Origin: Macrostomum hystrix
Taxonomy: Eukaryota > Animalia > Platyhelminthes
NCBI GenBank assembly: GCA_950097015.1
Contig: CATNEN010000002.1
Coordinates: 372,001-436,000 of the forward strand
DNA length: 64,000 nt
Reading direction: 5' to 3'
Shown here: positions 48,971 to 60,900 of the stretch, piece by piece
How the letters are laid out: every line of letters begins with the position of its first letter
Position numbering within the stretch: the stretch's first letter is position 1
The notes under the pieces: model-generated
Seen by the model: the letters and a program-made list of their open reading frames with translations, nothing else
The model's database searches: none
Told to the model about the DNA's origin: nothing
Translations under genes and position numbers: made by a program

Positions 48971-51900
48971 ATGGATTCGCATCTGTACGGCCGGGTGGCT
49001 CATCCAGACCTGGCCCTGACCTACCTGCCTGTCAGCATTCTGCAACTCGACCCAGCTGACAGAGCTGTGCTCAGGGTGGCTGGTGAGTTCATCGAAATGT
49101 GTTGCAATATTTTTACGTTTCATAGGAATCAAAGGCGAGGTATTCCATTTCAAAACTAGTTTTTTTGGCTCTCTCCAAACTCAGACACTTCTGCGGCCCT
49201 TCAATAGTTAAGTTTGATGTGTCTGTTGTTGCAGCGAGGGTTCGCTTAGTCAGGGCTGACTAATAAAATTATATGTTGCTGCCCAGTCTATTGAATTCTT
49301 TTTTTCTACCGCTGATGAAAACGCTGTGCAAAACACATGGGGTCCATTTAGCCTCGCTGCAAATACTGAAACCAGTGCAGGGGCCTGGTGCAATGTTCAT
49401 CTTTGCAGAACTTGTAATTGAGATAACCATTGTTGGGTGTAGCTTGGCATTTTATCATGCATTTGTTGTGTTTTGCTGACTGAATAACAAGAAAAACTGA
49501 GTTTGTAGGACAGATTGTGAGACAGGTCATTAGAGACGGTGAGACAGGTCATTAGAGATTGTGAGACAGGTCATTAGAGACGGTGAGACAGGTCATTAGA
49601 GATTGTGAGACAGGTCATTAGAGACGGTGAGACAGGTCATTAGAGATTGTGAGACAGGTCATTAGAGACGGTGAGACAGGTCATTAGAGATTGTGAGACA
49701 GGTCATTAGAGACGGTGAGACAGGTCATTAGAGATTGTGAGACAGGTCATTAGAGACGGTGAGACAGGTCATTAGAGACGGTGAGACAGGTCATTAGAGA
49801 CGGTGAGACAGGTCATTAGAGACGGTGAGACAGGTCATTAGAGACGGTGAGACAGGTCATTAGAGACGGTGAGACAGGTCATTAGAGACGGTGAGACAGG
49901 TCATTAGAGACGGTGAGACAGGTCATTAGAGACGGTGAGACAGGTCATTAGAGACGGTGAGACAGGTCATTAGAGACGGTGAGACAGGTCATTAGAGACG
50001 GTGAGACAGGTCATTAGAGACGGTGAGACAGGTCATTAGAGACGGTGAGACAGGTCATTAGAGACGGTGAGACAGGTCATTAGAGACGGTGAGACAGGTC
50101 ATTAGAGACGGTGAGACAGGTCATTAGAGACCGTGAGACAGGTCATTAGAGACGGTGAGACAGGTCATTAGAGACGGTGAGACAGGTCATTAGAGACGGT
50201 GAGACAGGTCATTAGAGACGGTGAGACAGGTCATTAGAGACCGTGAGACAGGTCATTAGAGACGGTGAGACAGGTCATTAGAGACCGTGAGACAGGTCAT
50301 TAGAGATTGTGAGACAGGTCATTAGAGACGGTGAGACAGGTCATTAGAGACCGTGAGACAGGTCATTAGAGACGGTGAGACAGATTATTAGAGACGGTGA
50401 GACAGATCATTAGAGACGGTGAGACAGATCATTAGAGACGGTGAGACAGGTCATTAGAGACGGTGAGACAGGTCATTAGAGGCTGTCAGACAGACCATGA
50501 GAGACATGTGGCAGCCAAATTCAAAGCTACAGTTAAATTTATTTTGCTTACTCATATTTTGACATTGAGAAGTGGAGTGGAAAATGAAGCCATTTTTGGC
50601 AAACAAATTAGCATTATTTTGCATGTTTAAGAGGGGTTCGGTCAGAAAAAAGCTAGAATGGCAACAATAGGCGGCAGAAATGCAGCTAAGTTTTCGCTGT
50701 TGCTAATTTTAGCTCTCATACTCACTGGGGCAACCGGGCACCTCTCGCCAGCATGTCTGCTTTTGGAAAGAGGGCAGAACGGCTGAGCACACGGGTAGAG
50801 AATGCTTTGTAGCTATTGCTGCAGCTCTGCCTCATTTTTCTCGTCCGCCAGTCCACCCAGTTTTCTTAAAAAAAGCAGCAAATCGATGACTCACAGCTAA
50901 ATGCCCTGCTAGTACAGCACAGCAATTGTACACTAAGCATAAAATGTTCACTCACATTTTATGTCGATAATAGACAACATTTTTACCAATCACTTCTTCA
51001 GATAATAATAATAATTGATTACACCTGCCCCAATTGGGTCAGATGTGCAGCCGACAGCACAGCCGCAGCTAATGCGCGGCGCATCTGAAGGCTGCGTACA
51101 GCTGTTCAGTCCACGGACTGGGGGGGGGCGCCACACCCACCTTCAATTATCCCAGCTGATGCTGGTACCCATTTAACAGCTGGGTGAACTGAAGCAATGC
51201 AGAGTTAAGTGTCTTGCTAAAGGACGCAAATTGTTCCAGTGGAGTCGGGAATCGAACCCCCGACCTTCAAGTCATGAGTCCGACGCCCTAACCACTAGGC
51301 TACAACCTCTTCAGATAATATAACAAATGAAAACTGTTTTATAGAAAAATGTAGAAAATCAAAAGCTGAGCCAACCAAAAATAACTGTGAAAATACACCT
51401 GTAGTTGGTATAAAAAAACAAAGACAGTGACTGTCTTGCTTTGTGGCACAGTATTGTTCTGACCGTGATTTTAGAAAAAATGTCTGTCTAGTTGGATTAC
51501 AATCCAGATGAACGATTGTGTTTTCTGCGGAATTAAAAAAATATCAGATAATTGGGCCTGTTACCGGGTATTTTTATATTTACCTAATGTACCGTGATTG
51601 TTTACGTGTGACAGATTCTTAGGAATTCTAATTTCGAAAATTTTGTATCTGTAACGAAATGAAAAAAACGCAATAATTTTTTAACTATACTCGAGCTATG
51701 TTCACGACCAAAAAATACAATATCACAAGCCAGTTAGACAATCATTGCGTGTGTTGTCAGCTGCATGGAATTTTGTCTATACTTCATCTTTCATCTCGTC
51801 ACTATTCTTATTCTGCTCTTTCACCTGCTCAAGTTGAGCACATCTGAATCGATTTTTTTAGTCTACAGCCTCAGCTGCTTAGTAGTGTACACTGGGCAGC

Positions 51901-54900
51901 CACTGTACTCACACAGATTCTACTCGTCTCACTACAACTGTGCTCTAATCTCTTCATTTTCTCCCACGTAAAGCCATCTTAAAGTCTCACCTGGATTGCT
52001 AGTGGGCCTATTTTCACAGGCAATATAGACTTCAAAGCCCGTGCGTCTAGATAAGAGTACATCTAGATTAGATGTACATTCAGTGGCTAGATGAGTCTAG
52101 ATTCTGTGGCTAGATGAGTCTAGATTCAGTGGCTAGATGAGTCTAGATTCAGTGGCTAGATGAGTCTAGATTCAGTGGCTAGATGAGTCTAGATTCAGTG
52201 GATAGATGAGTCTAGATTCAGTGGATAGATGAGTCTAGATTCAGTGGATAGATGAGTCTAGATTCAGTGGATAGATGAGTCTAGATTCAGTGGATAGATG
52301 AGTCTAGATTTTATAGCTACTCAAGTCTAGGTCTCAGTTTTAGATGAGTCTAGATTCAGTGGCTAGATGAGTCTAGATTCAGTGGATAGATGAGTCTAGA
52401 TTCAGTGGCTAGATGAGTCTAGATTCAGTGGCTAGATGAGTCTAGATTCAGTGGCTAGATGAGTCTAGATTCAGTGGCTAGATGAGTCTAGATTCAGTGG
52501 ATAGATGAGTCTAGATTCAGTGGATAGATGAGTCTAGATTCAGTGGATAGATGAGTCTAGATTCAGTGGATAGATGAGTCTAGATTCAGTGGATAGATGA
52601 GTCTAGATTTTATAGCTACTCAAGTCTAGGTCTCAGTTTTAGATGAGTCTAGATTCAGTGGCTAGATGAGTCTAGATTCAGTGGATAGATGAGTCTAGAT
52701 TCAGTGGCTAGATGAGTCTAGATTCAGTGGATAGATTAGTCTAGATTCAGTGGATAGATGAGTCTAGATTCAGTGGCTAGATGAGTCTAGATTCTGTGAA
52801 TAGATGTGTCCTGATTAAGCTAGTAAAGTGTTCACCTTCAGCCACAAATAGACTTACCTTTCGTAGAGAGCCTAAAGTAGGGTAAAGTTTTTATGTTATG
52901 CATGAATTTTATTTCCGAATTTAATCTTCTAATCATATTTTAATTACTTTGCATGCTTTCCAAGTCAATTATAAAGACAGTCTGCTCACAAACACGGCTA
53001 AAGGAGTACGTAATTTTACTTTCAGAGTCAGTAAAAAGTGTCGGTAAGATGATAAAGGCACCAAAAAAACAACTGATTTACTGTTTTCATATCTCCGCAC
53101 ATGGCAGGTGGTGGTTGCAATTATTTGTTGAAAGGAAAATTTAACGAAAGGAAAATAATTTTCTACCGGAAAGATTATTGTAAAAGCCAAAGAAAGCATT
53201 CATTAAAAAAAAATTTTTAGTGAAAAAATTAAGCTTTGAATTTGAGTGTCCTTATAAAACATGAACATGCTGTTCTTTCAAGCCTTGAAGTGTAACTATT
53301 TTACGTGCTGATAAAATATTGCAGTCGTTTATTTTGCAACGACCTTCAGATATAACTACTCGTAGTATTCACAATCTTTCAAATCGTCACTCTCTTCAAC
53401 AGATCAACGAGACAGTACGCAGAAGAAGACATTTACAAAGTGGTTAAACAATCAGTTAATCAAGGTAAAATTATAATTTTTAAACACTTTTTGCCAATCT
53501 AAAAAGTACATTTGGAGATTTTAAAAATGGTGATTTATTGTGAGATTCTGTATGAGATACAAAATGAGATTCTGTATGAGATGCAACATGAGATTCTATA
53601 TGAGATGCAACATGAGATTCTAGATGAGATGCAACATGGGATTCTGTATGAGATGCAACATGAGATTCTAGATGAGATGCAACATGGGATTCTGTATGAG
53701 ATGCAACATGGGATTCTGTATGAGATGCAACATGAGATTCTGTATTAGATGCAACATGAGATTCTGTATGAAATGCAACATGAGATTCTGTATGAGATGC
53801 AACATGGGATTCTGTATGAGATGCAACATGAGATTCTGTATGAGATGCAACATGGGATTCTGTATGAGATGCAACATGGGATTCTATTTGAGATGCAACA
53901 TGAGATTCTATATGAGATGCAACATGGGATTCTGTATGAGATGCAACATGGGATTCTGTATGAGATGCAACATGGGATTCTGTATGAGATGCAACATGAG
54001 ATTCTGTATGAGATGCAACATGAGATTCTGTATAAAATGCAACATGAGATTCTGTATGAGATGCAACATGGGATTCTGTATGAGATGCAACATGAGATTC
54101 TGTATGAGATGCAACATGAGATTCTATATGAGATGCAACATGGGATTCTATATGAGATGCAACATGAGATTCTGTATGAGATGCAACATGGGATTCTGTA
54201 TGAGATGCAACATGAGATTCTGTATGAGATGCAACATGAGATTCTGTATGAGATGCAACATGAGATTCTATATGAGATGCAACATGAGATTCTGTATGAG
54301 ATGCAACATGGGATTCTGTATGAGATGCAACATGGGATTCTGTATGAGATGCAACATGAGATTCTGTATGAGATGCAACATGAGATTCTATATGAGATGC
54401 AACATGAGATTCTGTATGAGATGCAACATGAGATTCTGTATGAGATGCAACATGAGATTCTGTATGAGATGCAACATGAGATTCTATATGAGATGCAACA
54501 TGAGATTCTATATGAGATGCAACATGAGATTCTATATGAGATGCAACATGAGATTCTGTATGAAATACAAAATGAGATTCTGTATGAGATACAAAATGAG
54601 ATTCTGTATGAGATGCAACATGAGATTCTATATGAAATACAAAATGAGATTCTGTATGAGATACAAAATGAGATTCTGTATGAGATACAAAATGAGATTC
54701 TGTATGAGATACAACATGAGATTCTATATGAGATGCAACATGAGATTCTGTATGAGATACAACATGAGATTCTGTATGAGATGCAACATGAAATTCTATA
54801 TGAGATGCAACATGAGATTCTATATGAGATACAAAATGAGATTCTGTATGAAATGCAACATGATATTCTATATGAGATACAAAATGAGATTCTGTATGAG

Positions 54901-57900
54901 ATACAAAATGAGATTCTGTATGAGATGCAACATGAGATTCTGTATGAGATGCAACATGAGATTCTATATGAGATGCAACATGAGATTCTGTATGAGATGC
55001 AACATGAGATTCTGTATGAGATGCAACATGAGATTCTGTATGAGATGCAACATGAGATTCTGTATGAGATGCAACATGAGATTCTATATGAGATGCAACA
55101 TGAGATTCTGTATGAGATGCAACATGAGATTCTGTATGAGATGCAACATGAGATTCTGTATGAGATGCAACATGAGATTCTGTATGAGATTTAGCATGAG
55201 ATTCTGTATGAGATGCAACATGAGATTCTGTATGAGATGCAACATGAGATTCTGTATGAGATGCAACATGGGATTCTATATGAGATGCAACATGAGATTC
55301 TGTATGAGATGCAACATGAGATTCTGTATGAGATGCAACATGAGATTCTGTATGAGATGCAACATGAGATTCTGTATGAGATGCAACATGAGATTCTGTA
55401 TGAGATGCAACATGAGATTCTGTATGAGATGCAACATGGGATTCTAGATGAGATGCAACATGAGATTCTATATGAGATGCAACATGAGATTCTGTATGAA
55501 ATACAAAATGAGATTCTGTATGAGATACAAAATGAGATTCTGTATGAGATGCAACATGAGATTCTATATGAGATACAAAATGAGATTCTGTATGAGATCC
55601 AAAATGAGATTCTGTATGAGATACAAAATGAGATTCTGTATGAGATACAACATGAGATTCTATATGAGATGCAACATGAGATTCTGTATGAGATACAACA
55701 TGAGATTCTGTATGAGATGCAACATGAAATTCTATATGAGATGCAACATGAGATTCCATATGAGATACAAAATGAGATTCTGTATGAGATGCAACATGAG
55801 ATTCTATATGAGATACAAAATGAGATTCTGTATGAGATACAAAATGAGATTCTGTATGAGATGCAACATGAGATTCTGTATGAGATGCAACATGAGATTC
55901 TATATGAGATGCAACATGAGATTCTGTATGAGATGCAACATGAGATTCTGTATGAGATGCAACATGAGATTCTGTATGAGATGCAACATGAGATTCTGTA
56001 TGAGATTTAGCATGAGATTCTGTATGAGATGCAACATGAGATTCTGTATGAGATGCAACATGAGATTCTGTATGAGATGCAACATGGGATTCTATATGAG
56101 ATGCAACATGAGATTCTGTATGAGATGCAACATGAGATTCTGTATGAGATGCAACATGAGATTCTGTATGAGATGCAACATGAGATTCTGTATGAGATTT
56201 AGCATGAGATTCTATATGAGATGCAACATGAGATTCTGTATGATATGCAACATGAGATTCTGTATGAGATGCAACATGAGATTCTATATGAGATGCAACA
56301 TGAGATTCTATATGAGATGCAACATGAGATTCTATATGAGATGCAACATGAGATTCTATATGAGATGCAACATGAGATTCTATATGAGAATCAGCATGAG
56401 ATTCTGTAACGTTTGCGTACAGTTGTTGATCCTATTAAAAAGACACAAGTTTAAAAATCGAGACAGGTTTCGAACCCCCGACCTTCAAGACATTAATTCG
56501 ATGCTTTAAACAACTAGGCTAGGTCTGGGATCGAAATTCACAAAGATAATTTTTTTTTTGTTCAGAAACAATTGCTTGGATGAATAAAAATGTAAGATAT
56601 GAATTTTCATTTTTCAGAAGGCGTGCAAAATTCGCGATCTGTTTAGCGACCTGCGGAGCGGCACGGCACTCATTACCCTGCTAGAGATACTGTCCCGCCA
56701 ATCTTTGGTGAGTTACCACAACGTAGTTTGCTGTTTTGTGTCGTGTCGCTATGAAAAACTGTGATCTGATTTCTAATGCTGACCTTACAGCCACGCGAGC
56801 GAGGCTGCATGCGGTTTCACTACCTGCAAAACGTTGAAACTGTGCTCGACTTTCTCACCTCAAAGGGGGCAAGTATTTCTAATGTTTTATTACAAAATAA
56901 CACGTGATTTTCCTAACTACTCTACTTGTCAGTAGTGTTACGAGATGAATTTCTTATTTCTCAATGATCAGATTCGGCTGGTAAATATTCGGCCGGACGA
57001 CATTGTTGACGGCAATCCGAAGCTCACACTAGGCCTGTTGTGGATAATTATCCTGCATTATCAGGTGAGTCTTAGTATGGATTCCAATATAGCTGTGAAT
57101 ATAGCTAAATTAAATTTCCAAGTCCGATTCCGCCCCAGCAAAGCTGAGATGCCTAAATGAGTTCTTATCTACTCGTATTTTTATATCAGACCTGAGTCAA
57201 GCGGGCAGGTGAAACACAGACATAATTATTGCTATCAGCAATATTATAACACTGACTCCTCACACACAGATACTTTACGCAGGCACACGCTCAGGTGCGT
57301 ACATCTGCCCTGACTTCCTCATCTCCAGGCAGTGTACACTTTCACTGTGCCTTGGAGGTACAGCTGTTCAGTAATGGAAAATGAGCCTAATATTTAATTA
57401 GCTCGTAAGAAAATGTACAATAAGACAAGGTTTATATTGACCTACTCTAACAATATTTAAAAAACTATATTTGGACAAAGGTCAACTATAGATTTCGTCA
57501 GAGAGTGAAGTCAGTGTAACAGATAGTCAGCGCATCTGGACTGAATTTTCATGGCCACAAAACTCAGCAGCGGCATGTACACATGAGCAGTGATCATTTT
57601 TATGAGCCTCGAGCAGTGAATGATACTCTGGTTGATTCTGAAACACACTCGCTAGACCAAGCCCTGTGGGAAAGCATGAGTACATGCAGTGCTCAATAAC
57701 TTAATTAACAAAGTCGAGACAAACCTTGAAGCTTAACTATTCTCTGTCTAGCTCTGTCACAGGGTTGGTTGAGATACGCATCTGTACAGTACGTCTGCTC
57801 ACCCAGCGCATATAAATCGCTGGGCTAACTCAACCCAACCGTTTATCGCTATCTTGAGCATTTTTTGTAACGAATTTCTTCTTCAGCTTGATAGAAACAC

Positions 57901-60900
57901 TGATTTACGCAGTGTTTTATTTAATCTTATCAACTGTTTAGTTCAGTCAGAAGATACCTGCGCTTTTTACTGGCTACATTCAGCTACATTTTTTCTGTGA
58001 AAGATTTGTTTTTTTTCTCGCATTTTATTTAAATGCGCAAAATCAGCCTGTGGATTGGCAGCACAGGTGATCTGTTATGGGCCCTCACAGCCGCGGGACT
58101 TACTGTTGCCCTCCTAGCACTAGCCATGAAACGAATTGAGAAATTTTTCGATAGCAAAAAACAGAAACAACAGCAACGCGAAAAGAAAGATCGAAAGAAG
58201 GAGCAAAAGAAGGCCCGGGATTCCGTTGCTGGCGCCGCGTCACAGTCCCAGCAGCCAAAGCAACAGAAGCAGCCATTGTGGCGAAATTTTACCTGTTTTA
58301 CCCACAATCGGCCAGTAAGTTCTCTATACTGACACTTTTTTAAGTCGAATTTTCACACCTGAATGTATACAGCACAGCTTCCATTCAAGTGAAGTGAAAA
58401 ACCCACCTAGATAGTTTGTACTTAACTTATGAACTTAAGTAGTATAGTTAGCACAACCACCATTACCTTCGTCTGTTAATAAGGCTACGAAACATTTTAT
58501 TTCTCTTCGACAATAAAAAACGTGGATAGCTTGAGTTGAACCATTATTCTATTATTCAGATGCAAAGGTTTTTACCTGCAAACACTCACCTTAGCACAGT
58601 AGATAAAGTATAATAGGACAGAATAAAGCAGTACTACTCATTTTGGAATGCACCTGCTTCAACTGAAATTGATCAAACAAAATATGCAGCCTTTTAAAGA
58701 CTTTTTAAAGACAAAAAAGTTCTGGTCGCAGTTTCAATTAAAAGCTTTATTGAAAGCCTGGGTCTTAACTGCTCTGCTCAATGTCTGCTCACATTTAGCT
58801 GCCTTGTATCCAGGCCCGTGCAATGTGCAGAACTCCAAAACTGTCGCAAAATTCGCCAAATGCACTGCCCCATTGTTGACTCAAATCGGTACTTTTTTCC
58901 CAATTCTGAGCATAGAGGCACAGGTTAATATCCGGCTTGAGTACGAAAATATAGTTTATCGATTTCTTTAGCTAATATCGACTGTTTTGGGAAAGTATTT
59001 TTGTACAGCTCTAAGCAATCTCTTCTCTTCTCTGATCCCGTGTTTTGAGTAGAAATCTGTTTTTCGTCCAAAGCCTAGGCCCTGGAAATATGGATTTGGC
59101 AAGTGAAATATTCAAATATTGCGATCAAATAAGTGCGATATTCAAATGCGTTAACCCAAACCTTCATGGGAAATAAAACAAAAAATGTTAGCTTCGTCTC
59201 AATTTCCTTTTCTATTGTCTTCTTCTGCAAGAATAATAATTGATTACACCTGCCCCAATTGGGTCAGATGTGCAGCCAACAGCACACCCGCAGCTAATGC
59301 GCGGCGCATCTGAAGGCTGCGTCGCAGTACGTACGCGTACGCAGTACAGCTGTTCAGTCCACGGACTGGGGGGACGCCACACCCACATTCAATTATCCCA
59401 GCTGATGCTGGTACCCATTTAACAGCTGGGTGAACTGAAGCAATGCAGAGTTAAGTGTCTTGCTAAAGGACGCAAATTGTTCCAGTGGAGTCGGGAATCG
59501 AACCCCCGACCTTCAAGGCGTGAGTCCGACGCTCTAACCACTAGGCTACAACCTCTGTAAACAAACAAACACTCAGGCTCTCGTGATAATCAGAACGTAT
59601 TAAGCGCTAGCTCATGAACTGAGTGCAGAATACCTGGGGTCAAGAGGAACCCTTGTGGTGAGAGAGTAGGACAGAGAGAGAGAGAGTGAGCACACTTGCC
59701 TGCACATTTCTTAGGCACACATCGTGTCCAGATCTTGTAGTTCAGCCAGTGTATGCTGAGGTTGTCGATCGTGAGACTATGCCATACTAGGCTACGCCAA
59801 GTCTGCTTTGGGCGTACAGTCTGCGTGTGAGTTTAGGAGGCTTTGTAGTAGACTCCTGAGATAGATTCTCTTCACTTAACAAAAATGCACACAAAGAATG
59901 AGTTTGAATTGAGTTTGAAGTCGAGATTTTTTCTCAAGCAGAAAGCTCAGAAATAAAAAAAAGAATAATGGAATGAGAGGAAAGAATGTTGGCGCTGGCC
60001 CTATCTGTATACAAAAGCTCGCTGTTTTTTAGTCGATTGCCTTTTTCGCTATCACAGTTCTATCACGCCAAAGAACTCAGTGAATGTCTGAGCATTTATG
60101 AGAGAAAAATATTTGAAAAGCAAGACGTCCAGCTGTTTTGCTACCACAGACTAAGGTGCGACTGTCAACTTCGTTTGACTTGTAAGAACTCGTTATAACT
60201 TTAAACCATTTTGTAACTCTGTGATTTGAGCTGGAGGAAGAGATTAAAGCCTAGTAGTGTACAAATGTTAAAAAAAGAAGTGCTCCTTATTGCTCGTCTA
60301 AAATATCTTGCACTCGGCCCCCAACCTTCCACTTTATTGTTTCTTAGTTTCTCAAAAAATGACAAGGGGGAAAATATAGCAAGCTAAAAAGTGAAAAAAA
60401 GTCCGGTGATAATATTTAGGCTATATTATCCTTACAATACAAAGCTTCATTAGAAGCTATATTTAGAAGCCCAAGAAAACAAAGACATCCTCTTTGCAGC
60501 TTTTGAGTCTGATGTCTATGGCCGAATCTCTGGCCTGCGCCAATTCTGCATTCAATGTGTAAATTAAGGAACCATTTTCATTTGTTAAAACTTATTAAAA
60601 AGCATTTTTAATTTAGTTTAGTGGTTTCTTGTTCGATAAACTGACTGCAAACCACTCATCAATTCTCGCAGCTCTCTGAGGTTCTTCCTGACAGCGCCGT
60701 CGCGGCTACACAAGCCAGCGACACCGCCGTTCGCGACTATCTGCTCGACTGGTGCAGCAAGTCGCTAGCTGACTATCCCGACCTTCGGGTTGACAACTTC
60801 TCGTCCTGCTGGTCGGACGGAAGGGCGTTTCTCTACATAATCCATCGGTTCAGGTGAGTTGTTTTAACTGGACTTTAATCCAGCAGTATTTGCTCAAGCT

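Noticed and set aside
50658-50790. 42-aa ORF with a signal-peptide-like stretch ([27 protein letters not shown]...)
   Set aside because: It stops before any usable in-frame donor and has no neuropeptide cleavage pattern, so support is insufficient.
51245-51307. tRNA-Met(CAT)-like sequence (and a CAC version at ~59495-59553)
   Set aside because: The acceptor stem is poor, the anticodon differs between copies, and it continues into a CORE body, tail and TSD. It is a SINE head, not a tRNA gene.
53480-56509. 481-759 aa ORFs ([24 protein letters not shown])
   Set aside because: All fall in the 24-bp array inside plakin intron 2 and are open in several frames at once, which is a repeat artefact.
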